From an uncultured Collinsella sp. (lineage in GTDB: Bacteria; Actinomycetota; Coriobacteriia; Coriobacteriales; Coriobacteriaceae), in assembly GCA_902482045.1 (NCBI GenBank), contig CABSYS010000001.1, positions 1 to 32,481 on the forward strand: a DNA stretch of 32,481 nt, read 5' to 3'. Positions 17,472 to 26,422 of the stretch are shown here, one piece after another; the stretch's first letter is position 1, and each line of letters opens with the position of its first letter. Position numbers and translations under genes: made by a program. A model generated the notes under the pieces. It was not told the origin of the DNA and made no database searches. It worked only from the letters and a program-made list of their open reading frames with translations.

Positions 17472-19025
17472 ATGGCACAGCGTCATCTTCCTGCACTCCT
17501 GATCATCATGGATGGTTGCGGCCTTGCTCCGGCTGATGGCGAGAACGCCGTCGCCGCTGCCAAGACGCCCTTCCTTGATAACCTGTATGAGAAGTACCCC
17601 CACACCACGCTCGGCGCTTCGGGCGAGGACGTGGGTCTTCCCGATGGCCAGATGGGTAACTCCGAGGTGGGTCACCTCAACATCGGTGCCGGACGCATCG
17701 TGTTCCAGGAGCTTTCGCGCATCAACAACGCCATCAAGGACGGCTCCATCGCCAAGAACGAGGTCTTCGTCAAGGCTATGGACGACGTCAAGGCTGACGG
17801 CAAGACTCTCCACCTCATGGGCCTTATGAGCCCTGGCGGTGTTCATTCTCACATGAACCACGTCGAGGCTCTGGTCAAGATGGCTGCCGAGCACGGTGTC
17901 AAGACCGTTCGCGTCCACGCCTTCATGGATGGTCGCGACGTCGACCCGCAGTCCGGTGCCGGTTACATGAGTGAGTTCTGCGCCTTCCTGGCTAAGATTT
18001 CCGAGGAGACCGGTTGCGACGCTCGCGTTGCCACCGTCTCGGGCCGTTATTGGGCCATGGACCGCGACAATCGTTGGGAGCGCATCCAGCGCGCCTACGA
18101 CGTCATGGTCAACGCGTCCGATACTGATACCGACCCCGTTGCCGGTATCAAGGCCTACTACGAGAAGGATCCGCGCGGCGACGAGTTCGTCGAGCCCTTC
18201 GCTGCCCACAACGAGGGCATCCACGAGGGCGACGCGGCCATCTTCTTCAACTTCCGTCCCGACCGCGCTCGTCAGATGACCCGTGTGTTCACGGACAAGG
18301 AGTTCGACGGCTTTGAGCGCGAGCAGATCAAGCTTTCGCACTTTGTGACGATGACCGAGTACGATCCGACGTTTGACGTCGAGGTCGCCTTCCCCAAGAC
18401 GTTCCCCGAGAACGTCCTGGCCGACGTTATCGCCGCCAATGGCCTGAAGCAGCTGCATACCGCCGAGACCGAGAAGTACGCCCATGTGACGTTCTTCCTC
18501 AACGGCGGCATCGAGGAGCCCAAGGAGGGCGAGGAGCGCGTGCTCGTCGCTTCCCCCAAGGTCGCTACCTACGATCTGCAGCCCGAGATGAGCGCTCCCG
18601 AGGTTACCGAGAAGCTCGTCGCCGCCATCAACGAGGATCGCGCTGATTTCTACATCGTGAACTTCGCGAACTGCGACATGGTTGGTCACACCGGTGTCTT
18701 CGACGCCGCCGTTAAGGCCGTCGAGGCTGTTGACGATGCCCTGTCCAAGGTTGTCCCGGCGATTCTCGCCAAGGGCGGCTTTGCGCTGATCACCGCCGAC
18801 CACGGCAACGCCGACCACATGTTTGACGTTGCTTCCGACGGTTCCAAGCATCCGTTCACGGCTCACACCACCAACCGTGTGCCGTTCATCATCGTTGATG
18901 AGAAGGCCAAGCTCACCGGTATCGAGGACGGCCGTCTTTCCGATATCGCTCCGACCATGCTCACCATGGCTGGTATTGAGCCTTCCGCCGAGATGACGGG
19001 TCGCGTGCTCGCCACCGAGGCCTAA
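17472..19025 (+). CDS. gpmI: 2,3-bisphosphoglycerate-independent phosphoglycerate mutase
   Basis: GQMGNSEVGH, GRYWAMDRD, AETEKYAHVT, DMVGH, TADHGN. Confidence 0.97.
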   Translation: MAQRHLPALLIIMDGCGLAPADGENAVAAAKTPFLDNLYEKYPHTTLGASGEDVGLPDGQMGNSEVGHLNIGAGRIVFQELSRINNAIKDGSIAKNEVFVKAMDDVKADGKTLHLMGLMSPGGVHSHMNHVEALVKMAAEHGVKTVRVHAFMDGRDVDPQSGAGYMSEFCAFLAKISEETGCDARVATVSGRYWAMDRDNRWERIQRAYDVMVNASDTDTDPVAGIKAYYEKDPRGDEFVEPFAAHNEGIHEGDAAIFFNFRPDRARQMTRVFTDKEFDGFEREQIKLSHFVTMTEYDPTFDVEVAFPKTFPENVLADVIAANGLKQLHTAETEKYAHVTFFLNGGIEEPKEGEERVLVASPKVATYDLQPEMSAPEVTEKLVAAINEDRADFYIVNFANCDMVGHTGVFDAAVKAVEAVDDALSKVVPAILAKGGFALITADHGNADHMFDVASDGSKHPFTAHTTNRVPFIIVDEKAKLTGIEDGRLSDIAPTMLTMAGIEPSAEMTGRVLATEA

Positions 19026-19050
19026 GAGAAAACTCCAAGCGTTTTCTTGC

Positions 19051-19084
19051 AGGGGGTTGCCCATATTCGGGCAACCCCCTTTTT
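19051..19084 (+). terminator. Intrinsic terminator after gpmI
   Basis: agggggttgccc/gggcaaccccct stem followed by a T-run. Confidence 0.85.
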
Positions 19085-19188
19085 GGTATTTCTGCCATTT
19101 CCGCACCGTCCCCGAGTGGCAGGTAGGGGAGAGCGGGGGATTGTGGTACAGTACTGGAGTTTGAATTGTTCTATTAAGGAGCTTATCT

Positions 19189-19443
19189 ATGGGTCCGTTC
19201 CAGATTCTTCTGTTTGTCGTTTGGGCTGTTTCTGCCGTGGCGCTGACGATTCTCGTCCTGATGCATTCCGGTAAGGGTACCGGCGTTTCGGATATGATCG
19301 CTAGCTCGCTGTATAACTCCAGCTCTGCCACAGGCGTTATGGAGCAGAACCTCGACCGCCTGACCGTCATCATGGCTGTCGTGTTTGCCGTGTGCGTCGT
19401 GCTGTGCATGTTCTTCTTCCCGCAGGGCATCGTGGGCTACTAA
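19189..19443 (+). CDS. secG: Preprotein translocase subunit SecG
   Basis: 84 aa with two TM helices, LMHSGKGTG and EQNLDRLT; RBS AAGGAG; canonical position after glycolytic genes; extended -10-like TGGTACAGT at 19144-19152. Confidence 0.93.
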   Translation: MGPFQILLFVVWAVSAVALTILVLMHSGKGTGVSDMIASSLYNSSSATGVMEQNLDRLTVIMAVVFAVCVVLCMFFFPQGIVGY

Positions 19444-19467
19444 TCACGAGCCGCATAAGTACTTGTA

Positions 19468-19497
19468 AAGGGTTCCGCAAGTGCGGGACCCTTTTTT
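19468..19497 (+). terminator. Intrinsic terminator after secG
   Basis: gggttccgc/gcgggaccc stem followed by tttttt. Confidence 0.85.
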
Positions 19498-19739
19498 ATT
19501 TACATATTCGTAACAGAGTCAAAAATATCACCACATACTGCGCCCAACTAAAGAAATTCTCGACCGTTAACCGGAATTAGCCCCAAATCGTGCATAAAAT
19601 GCGCTACTGTATTGCAAAACGTTGGTCCGCTGTGCATAACCAGCCATAGCGGCGGGCGGCGTTTTGATGGTTCGGATCGGATTGTCTCGACATGTGTCCG
19701 ACTGAACATTTCTTTGTCCTATCTCATAAGGAGGATGGC

Positions 19740-21416
19740 ATGGCTGATTCTATGTTCCACCAGCCCGTTATGGGTCGTCGCGCCTTTGTCGGCGGCACCC
19801 TCGCTGCGAGCTCCATGGCTTTTCTTGCCGCATGCGGCAAGAAGGGCGGCGACGCTTCCGGTTCTGAGTCCGGTTCGACGCTGAACTTCTACATCAACAA
19901 CCCGGTCTGCATCGACCCCTACAATGTCCAGGAGGACCAGGGCACTCAGGTCGAGTACCAGCTCTTTGACGCTCTGACCTCTTATGACGCCGAGAAGGGC
20001 GAGATCGTTCCGCTGGCTTGCGAGTCCTTCGAGGCCAACGACGACGCCACCGAGTTTACCTTCAAGATCAAGAAGGCCAAGTTCCACAACGGTGACGACG
20101 TTACCTCCAAGTCCTTCAAGCTCGGTTGGGAGCGTCTGGTCAACACCAAGTCGGCTGTCGCTACCGAGTACGGCCCTTCCGAGGTCTCCTATCACCTCTC
20201 CATGGTCGAGGGCTATGACGATCTGCTTGCCGGTAACGCTACCGAGCTCAGCGGTGTTACCTGCCCCGACGATGAGACCCTCGTCGTCAAGCTGGCTTCC
20301 GCTTACGCCGACTTCCCCTTCGTCGCCTCTCACCCGGCTCTGGCCCCGGTTCCCGAGTGCGCCGAGTCCGATGTCAAGAGCTTCTACCTTGCCCCGGTCG
20401 GTAACGGCCCGTTCATGATGGACGGCAAGTGGGAGGATGGCCAGGAGATCAACGTCAAGAAGTTCGACGATTACTATGGCGACAAGGCCAAGATCGATGG
20501 CATCCACTTCCAGGTCATCAAGGATATGGAGACCGCCTACAAGGAGTTCCAGGCCGGTAACCTCGATGTCTGCGACGTTCCCGTTGCTCAGATCGATGCC
20601 GCCAAGAAGGATCGCGGCGTGTCCAAGGACGGCTACACCATGGGTGACGGCGAGCGCATGCTGCTCGGCGCCGAGCCTTCCACCTACTACCTGACTTGCA
20701 ACAACACGGCCGAGCCGTTCAACAACGCCGACCTGCGCAGGGGTATCTCCCTGGCCATCAACCGTGAGGCCATCTGCAAGACCATCTTCAAGGGCACCCG
20801 TACCCCCGCCGACGGCATTGTTCCTCCGGGCATCGATGGCTACAAGGAGGGCGCATGGGAGTTCTGCGCCTACGACGTCGACAAGGCTAACGAGTACCTC
20901 GACAAGGTTGCTCCTGCCGACGCCAACGGTAGCCGTGGCATTAACGTGAAGCTGTCCTACAACCAGGACGGTGGCCACAAGGAGATCATGGAGTCCATCA
21001 TCGGCGACCTCGCCAAGGTGGGCATCGACGCCGTCTCCGATACCCCCGAGTGGTCTGCCCTGCTTGAGCAGTACCAGAACTTCGACTATGAGTTCGGTCG
21101 TCTGGGCTGGATTGCCGACTACCCGATCATGGACAACTTCCTGTATCCGCTGTTCCACTCCGACTCCCTCGGTGGCGACAACCGCTCTGGTTACAACAAC
21201 CCCGAGTTCGACGCCAAGGTCGACGAGGCTCGTACTATTGTTGACGACGAGGAGCGCGTCGCTAAGATGCAGGAGGCCGACGCAATGGTCGCTGCCGACT
21301 GCCCGGTCATCCCGATTATGTTCTACACGCACACCGTCGCCGGCTCCGATCGCATCAAGCACCTCTATGTCGATCCGCAGAAGCACGCCGATCTGGGTAC
21401 CGCTGAGCTCGCCTAA
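19740..21416 (+). CDS. oppA: Oligopeptide/dipeptide ABC transporter substrate-binding lipoprotein
   Basis: RBS AAGGAGG; GRRAFV signal plus lipobox LAAC; FHNGDDVT, PVGNGPF, LRRGISLAINR, RLGWIADYP. Confidence 0.87.
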   Translation: MADSMFHQPVMGRRAFVGGTLAASSMAFLAACGKKGGDASGSESGSTLNFYINNPVCIDPYNVQEDQGTQVEYQLFDALTSYDAEKGEIVPLACESFEANDDATEFTFKIKKAKFHNGDDVTSKSFKLGWERLVNTKSAVATEYGPSEVSYHLSMVEGYDDLLAGNATELSGVTCPDDETLVVKLASAYADFPFVASHPALAPVPECAESDVKSFYLAPVGNGPFMMDGKWEDGQEINVKKFDDYYGDKAKIDGIHFQVIKDMETAYKEFQAGNLDVCDVPVAQIDAAKKDRGVSKDGYTMGDGERMLLGAEPSTYYLTCNNTAEPFNNADLRRGISLAINREAICKTIFKGTRTPADGIVPPGIDGYKEGAWEFCAYDVDKANEYLDKVAPADANGSRGINVKLSYNQDGGHKEIMESIIGDLAKVGIDAVSDTPEWSALLEQYQNFDYEFGRLGWIADYPIMDNFLYPLFHSDSLGGDNRSGYNNPEFDAKVDEARTIVDDEERVAKMQEADAMVAADCPVIPIMFYTHTVAGSDRIKHLYVDPQKHADLGTAELA

Positions 21417-21512
21417 GAGTTTGCAGCTTCCGTGAGGGTCAAGTATTTACGTAGACCTCATGGGAAACATACAGTTCTCCCTAACCTGGGGTAAACTGGC
21501 TGATGGTAATTT

Positions 21513-21545
21513 TGGGATGCCGGTCTGGCGATCGGCATCCCATTT
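21513..21545 (+). terminator. Stem-loop after oppA
   Basis: tgggatgccg...cggcatccca plus ttt; typical position for uncoupling SBP and permease levels. Confidence 0.55.
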
Positions 21546-21572
21546 AGGTTAATCCCTAGATAGGGGAGTGGT

Positions 21573-22610
21573 ATGGGTAAGTACATCGTTAAACGTGTGC
21601 TTCAGTTCATCCCGGTATTTTTGGGCGTTACGCTGATTCTGTTCGCCCTCCAGAATATCGTGCCGGGAGATCCGATCAAGCTGATCGGTGGAGACAAGGC
21701 TCTGTCCCCCGAGGTGGAGCTTCAGCTTCGCGTCCGCTATCACCTGGTCCAGTCGGACGAGGACGGCAACGCGATCCTTGACGAGAACGGCGATCCCGTT
21801 CAAACGTCGCTCGTGGACCGTTACTTGTATTACATGAACGGCCTGCTTCATGGCGATCTGGGCAATTCGTATCAGCGCAAGCTGCCGGTTACGGAAATCT
21901 TTGCCCAGAAGTATCCGTATACGGTCAAACTTGCAGCGTGCGCCATCGTGCTCGAGGCAATCATGGGTATCGGTGCGGGTATCATTTCGGCGGTAAAGCG
22001 TTATTCCTTCTGGGATATTTTGGTAACGCTCACCACGTCGATCCTCGTCGCGGTCCCGGCCTTCTGGCTCGGCATGTTGCTGCAGCTGTTCTTTGGCGTC
22101 ATCCTCAAGGACGCCACGGGCGGTGCATTCTCCATGCCGATCTCGGGTGCCGGCGGTTCCAGCTCTCAGTATCAGGATTGGATGCACTATGTGCTTCCGA
22201 CCATTACGCTGGCTTCGGTTTCGACCGCCTATGCCGCCCGCATCATGCGCTCGCAGCTGCTTGACGTCATGAACCAGGATTACATCCGTACGGCAAAAGC
22301 CAAGGGTCTCTCCAATCGCGCGATCATCATCAAGCATGCGCTTAAGAATGCACTCATCCCCGTCGTTACCTATATTGGTGTCGACTTTGGCGGCATGCTT
22401 TCGGGCGCCATCCTGACCGAGACGGTCTTCAACTGGCCCGGCATCGGCTATGAGGTCTATCGCGCCATTAGCATGCGTGACTGGCCCATCGTTATGGGCG
22501 GCGTTACGCTCATCGTTGTCGTCGTCATGGTGATCAACCTGCTCGTCGACATTAGCTATGCATTCCTCGACCCGCGCATCCGCCTTGGCGGTCCGTCGGA
22601 TAAGGCCTAA
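21573..22610 (+). CDS. oppB: Oligopeptide ABC permease
   Basis: VPGDP, GDLGNS, DYIRTAKAKGL, LDPRIR. Confidence 0.9.
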   Translation: MGKYIVKRVLQFIPVFLGVTLILFALQNIVPGDPIKLIGGDKALSPEVELQLRVRYHLVQSDEDGNAILDENGDPVQTSLVDRYLYYMNGLLHGDLGNSYQRKLPVTEIFAQKYPYTVKLAACAIVLEAIMGIGAGIISAVKRYSFWDILVTLTTSILVAVPAFWLGMLLQLFFGVILKDATGGAFSMPISGAGGSSSQYQDWMHYVLPTITLASVSTAYAARIMRSQLLDVMNQDYIRTAKAKGLSNRAIIIKHALKNALIPVVTYIGVDFGGMLSGAILTETVFNWPGIGYEVYRAISMRDWPIVMGGVTLIVVVVMVINLLVDISYAFLDPRIRLGGPSDKA

Positions 22611-22624
22611 GGGAGGTACGTCTC

Positions 22625-23560
22625 ATGCAGGAAACTGATTCTCAGTCTCAGGAGCAGGCTACCGACACCAAGGCCACATCTGCTCCCGCCAAGTCCCGCA
22701 CGCTGTGGGGCGACGCTTTTAAGCGTCTTCGCAAGAACAAGCTCGCCGTCATCGGTGTCTGCTGGATCATCATCGTCGTTGTGGTTGCCCTGACTGCAGA
22801 TCTGTGGGCTAAGCCCTGGCTCGGTTCCCCGACGGCTTCCGACTCGACCACCATGGCCGAGACGTCGCTGCTGGCTCCGTGTGCAGAGCACCCGTTTGGC
22901 ACCGACGCCCTTGGTCGTGACATTCTCGTCCGCGTTATCTACGGTGCACGCGTTTCGCTGTCCGTCGGTATTATGGCCACCGCGATCTCCACGGTGATCG
23001 GTCTGGTCATGGGTGCTCTGGCCGGTTTCTACGGCGGCATCTGGGATACGATCATCATGCGCTGTGCGGACATCTTCCTGGCGTTCCCGTACGTGCTGTT
23101 CGTTGTCGCCATGATTGCCGTTATCGGCCGTGGTCTTCAGAACGTCTTTATCGCCATCGGCATTCTCGGCTGGCCTTCGATTGCGCGCGTCTTCCGTTCT
23201 GCAATCTTGACGGTCAAGGAAAACGACTATGTTGACGCTGCGCGCGCGATGGGTGCATCTGATGCTCGTATCGTTGTGCGTCACATCTTCCCGAACTCCG
23301 TCGCCTCCATCGTGGTCTACGCGACCATGAACATTGGTGGCGCCATTCTGACCGAGTCCGCTCTGTCCTTCCTCGGCATGGGCGTTATTCCGCCTGCGCC
23401 TTCGTGGGGCTCCATGATTCAGGACGGTCAGCAGTATCTTCTGACTGCTCCCTGGATGATGATCATGCCCGGTCTGGCAATTCTCTCGACGGTGCTCGCC
23501 TTCACCCTGTTGGGTGACGGTCTGCGCGACGCCCTCGACGTCAAGATGAAGGACGCATAA
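22625..23560 (+). CDS. oppC: Oligopeptide ABC permease
   Basis: HPFGTDALGRD, YVDAARAMGAS, ESALSFLG, LGDGLRDALD. Confidence 0.9.
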   Translation: MQETDSQSQEQATDTKATSAPAKSRTLWGDAFKRLRKNKLAVIGVCWIIIVVVVALTADLWAKPWLGSPTASDSTTMAETSLLAPCAEHPFGTDALGRDILVRVIYGARVSLSVGIMATAISTVIGLVMGALAGFYGGIWDTIIMRCADIFLAFPYVLFVVAMIAVIGRGLQNVFIAIGILGWPSIARVFRSAILTVKENDYVDAARAMGASDARIVVRHIFPNSVASIVVYATMNIGGAILTESALSFLGMGVIPPAPSWGSMIQDGQQYLLTAPWMMIMPGLAILSTVLAFTLLGDGLRDALDVKMKDA

Positions 23561-23562
23561 GG

Positions 23563-24654
23563 ATGAAGAAGAACAAGAACTATGTGGACCTGAAGGACCA
23601 GCCGGTTCCCGAGGGCCAGCATCTGCTCGAGGTCGATGACCTTAAGATGTATTTCCACACCGAGGACGGCGTTGTTCGCGCTGTCGACGGTGTCTCCTAC
23701 ACGCTCGATCGCGGCGAGACCCTGGGCGTCGTCGGTGAGTCCGGCTCCGGTAAGTCCGTGACCGCCATGACCATCATGGGTCTTATCTCGATGCCTCCGG
23801 GAAAGATCGAGGGCGGCGACGTTCGCTATCGCGGTCGTTCTATCCTCGAGATGACCGAGGAAGAGATGCAGCACATTCGCGGTAACGACATCGCGATGAT
23901 CTTCCAGGATCCTATGACCTCCTTGAACCCGGTCTATAAGATCGGCAAGCAGGTGGGCGAGGGTCTTCGTCTGCACCGTGGCTACTCTAAGCAGGAGGCG
24001 CTCAAGCGCGCTACCGAGCTTTTGGACCTCGTGGGTATCCCCGAGCCCGAGAAGCGCGTCAATGAGTATCCGCACCAGTTCTCTGGCGGCATGCGTCAGC
24101 GCGTCATGATTGCCATGGCTCTTGCCTGCGATCCCGATATTCTGATTGCCGACGAGCCCACGACTGCCCTGGACGTTACCATTCAGGCTCAGATTATCGA
24201 GCTTATGCAGGAAATGCAGGAGAAGAACGGCAACGCCATCATCATGATCACCCATGACCTGGGCGTCGTCGCTGATATGGCCGACAAGATCATGGTTATG
24301 TACGCCGGCCGTCCCGTCGAGTTCGGTACTGCTGAGGAAATTTTCTACGAGAGCCGTCACCCCTATACCTGGGGCCTTATCCGCTCCATCCCGGAGCAGG
24401 CCATCGATGAGAAGAAGCCGCTTACGCCGATTCACGGCAACCCGCCTTCGCTCATGAACCTGCCCGAGGGCTGCGTGTTCTCGCCTCGTTGCCCCTATGC
24501 AACCGATAAGTGCCGCAAGCAGCGCCCCGAGCGTTTTGTCACCGAGTCTGGTCACTATTCTGCGTGCCACTACGCTGGCGACCCCGAGTTCCTCAAGAAC
24601 GCTCCTGTGACGTCCCGTACGCGCAAGGATTCCAAGAAGGGAGGCGAGGCGTAA
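23563..24654 (+). CDS. oppD: Oligopeptide ABC ATP-binding protein
   Basis: GESGSGKS, FSGGMRQR, ADEPTTALD, C-terminal Cys-rich HPY domain. Confidence 0.92.
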   Translation: MKKNKNYVDLKDQPVPEGQHLLEVDDLKMYFHTEDGVVRAVDGVSYTLDRGETLGVVGESGSGKSVTAMTIMGLISMPPGKIEGGDVRYRGRSILEMTEEEMQHIRGNDIAMIFQDPMTSLNPVYKIGKQVGEGLRLHRGYSKQEALKRATELLDLVGIPEPEKRVNEYPHQFSGGMRQRVMIAMALACDPDILIADEPTTALDVTIQAQIIELMQEMQEKNGNAIIMITHDLGVVADMADKIMVMYAGRPVEFGTAEEIFYESRHPYTWGLIRSIPEQAIDEKKPLTPIHGNPPSLMNLPEGCVFSPRCPYATDKCRKQRPERFVTESGHYSACHYAGDPEFLKNAPVTSRTRKDSKKGGEA

Positions 24655-25683
24655 ATGGCAGACAATAACGAGCGCACTCCACTGTTGAAGGTCGAGCACC
24701 TCTCCAAGGAGTTCCCCGCAGAGTCCGGCATGTTCGCCAAGCGTTTTTCCAAGCGCGTCGTCTCTGCTGTAAACGACATCTCTTTTGAGATTTATCCTGG
24801 CGAGACCTTTGGTCTGGTTGGTGAGTCTGGTTGCGGTAAGTCCACGACGGGCCGTACCATCATGCGCTTGACCAAGCCGACCGCCGGTAAGGTGTTTTTC
24901 CAGGGCAAAGATGTTGCCGAGATGAGCAAGCATGAGATCAAGGATATGCGTCGCGAGATGCAGTTTATCTTCCAGGATCCTTATGCTTCGCTGAATCCCC
25001 GTATGACCATCGGCGAGATCGTCTCCGAGCCCATGACCATTCACGGCGTGGGCACCAAGGAGGAGCGCATTGAGCGTGTCCGCGAGCTTCTCGACGTTGT
25101 CGGACTGAACCCCGAGCACATCAACCGCTATCCTCATGAGTTCTCCGGCGGTCAGCGTCAGCGTGTCGGCATTGCCCGCGCATTTGCGCTGAAGCCCAAG
25201 CTGATTATCTGCGACGAGCCGGTTTCCGCTCTTGATGTGTCTATTCAGGCCCAGGTTCTAAACCTGCTCAAGGAACTGCAGGACAAGTTCGGTACCGCGT
25301 ATCTGTTTATCGCCCACGATCTTTCCGTCGTGCAGCACATCTCCGATCGCGTTGCCGTTATGTATCTGGGCAAGATGGTCGAGGTTTCGGACTGGAAGAC
25401 GCTCTATAGCGAGCCTCACCATCCATACACGCAGTCGCTGCTGTCTGCCGTGCCGGTTCCCGATCCGGATATCCAGAAGACCCGTAAGCGCATCATCCTT
25501 GCTGGCGATCCGCCGTCACCGTTGGATCCGCCGACCGGTTGCCGCTTCCACACCCGCTGCCCGATCGCGCAGGGCATCTGTTCCGAAAAACTTCCCGAGT
25601 TTAAGGAAGTCGCACCGGGTCACTGCTGCGCCTGCCACTTCGCGGAGCCGTTCCCGATCAAGGAATCGCACATCGACCTGTAG
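24655..25683 (+). CDS. oppF: Oligopeptide ABC ATP-binding protein
   Basis: GESGCGKS, FSGGQRQR, CDEPVSALD, GCRFHTRC. Confidence 0.92.
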   Translation: MADNNERTPLLKVEHLSKEFPAESGMFAKRFSKRVVSAVNDISFEIYPGETFGLVGESGCGKSTTGRTIMRLTKPTAGKVFFQGKDVAEMSKHEIKDMRREMQFIFQDPYASLNPRMTIGEIVSEPMTIHGVGTKEERIERVRELLDVVGLNPEHINRYPHEFSGGQRQRVGIARAFALKPKLIICDEPVSALDVSIQAQVLNLLKELQDKFGTAYLFIAHDLSVVQHISDRVAVMYLGKMVEVSDWKTLYSEPHHPYTQSLLSAVPVPDPDIQKTRKRIILAGDPPSPLDPPTGCRFHTRCPIAQGICSEKLPEFKEVAPGHCCACHFAEPFPIKESHIDL

Positions 25684-25699
25684 TCGGTTGTTATCGTTC

Positions 25700-25824
25700 G
25701 GGCCCGCCCTGAAGTTACTTTTCAGAACGTCCTCGGACATGTCGGAAGCCCCGCTGCGCGCTGCGCGCTGCGGGGCTTCCTCCGTCCTGCGGGATGTTCT
25801 GAAAAGTAACAACAGGGCGGGCCC
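25700..25824 (-). repeat. 125-bp long-hairpin element, copy A
   Basis: gggcccgccctg..gttacttttcagaac / gttctgaaaagtaac..cagggcgggccc outer stem and ggaagccccgc/gcggggcttcc inner stem; its reverse complement aligns without gaps to 26005-26129. Confidence 0.88.
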
Positions 25825-25889
25825 TGCGGTAACTCGGCAGGGGGAGCGCGATTCCTTGATCGCTCACTTAATCTAATGGGAAAGATAGC

Positions 25890-25915
25890 GAGGCCGGAGC
25901 TTTAGCTCCGGCCTC
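25890..25915. terminator. GC-rich hairpin, possible terminator
   Basis: gaggccggagc-ttta-gctccggcctc; a second hairpin ggctcggc-aaa-gccgagcc lies at 25926-25944. Confidence 0.55.
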
Positions 25916-26004
25916 CTTATATAAGGGCTCGGCAAAGCCGAGCCACTAAATTTTTTTCAGCCCCAGAACATGTTTGATAGCTGTGCTTGAAGTGCGTTAA
26001 CGCA

Positions 26005-26129
26005 GGGTCGGAATGGGGGCAACTTCCCAACGCATTCCGCAGGGGGCGGCACATTTTGTAGCGCGAAGCGCGAAACAAAATGTGCCGCATGCCCGAGGAC
26101 GCGTTGGGAAGTTGCCCCCATTCCGACCC
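26005..26129 (+). repeat. 125-bp long-hairpin element, copy B
   Basis: Perfect 29-bp outer stem gggtcggaatgggggcaacttcccaacgc / gcgttgggaagttgcccccattccgaccc; inner stem gcggcacattttgt/acaaaatgtgccgc; apex gcgc-GAA-gcgc. Confidence 0.88.
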
Positions 26130-26186
26130 GGACATACGGATCTACCTGCGCATTTACAAATTCGTAAACTTTTTTCAAAAAAGTGC

Positions 26187-26216
26187 TTGCACAGTTCTCG
26201 AATCATAGGTTATTAT
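26187..26216 (+). promoter_or_regulatory. Sigma70-type promoter of tRNA-Leu
   Basis: TTGCAC-18 bp-TATTAT with an upstream T/A-tract. Confidence 0.7.
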
Positions 26217-26273
26217 CTTCCTCGTTGAACGCGCGGGTCCAACAAAACGAACCGCGAATCAACAACATAGCAT

Positions 26274-26363
26274 GTCGGAGTGGCGGAATTGGCAGACGCG
26301 CTAGCTTGAGGTGCTAGTGACCGCTTTTTGGTCATGCGGGTTCAAGTCCCGCCTCCGACACCA
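26274..26363 (+). tRNA. tRNA-Leu(GAG)
   Basis: Acceptor stem gtcggag/ctccgac, anticodon arm ctagc-ttGAGgt-gctag, long variable arm, GGTTCAAGTCC T-arm, encoded CCA. Confidence 0.96.
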
Positions 26364-26372
26364 TCGCATTTC

Positions 26373-26396
26373 AGAAGCCTCTTCGGAGGCTTTTTT
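26373..26396 (+). terminator. Terminator after tRNA-Leu
   Basis: aagcctc-ttcg-gaggctt followed by a T-run. Confidence 0.85.
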
Positions 26397-26422
26397 GTTA
26401 CCGATAGACGGTGGGGTCCACG

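Noticed and set aside
17334..19430. Long minus-strand ORFs (698 aa here; also 1757-3262, 3895-5730, 5836-7434, 14302-15513, 15441-16766, 19719-21386, 23428-25137)
   Set aside because: They are antisense shadows of strongly codon-biased high-GC genes and contain no recognisable motifs.
25696..26133. Interpretation of the hairpins as integron attC sites or a CRISPR array
   Set aside because: GTT and AAC are in the wrong order for attC, and there is no cassette ORF or integrase. There are no direct repeats with spacers and no cas genes.
25917..26228. Short ORFs over the hairpin region
   Set aside because: They are mirror-image products of the palindrome, with no RBS or coding-like composition.
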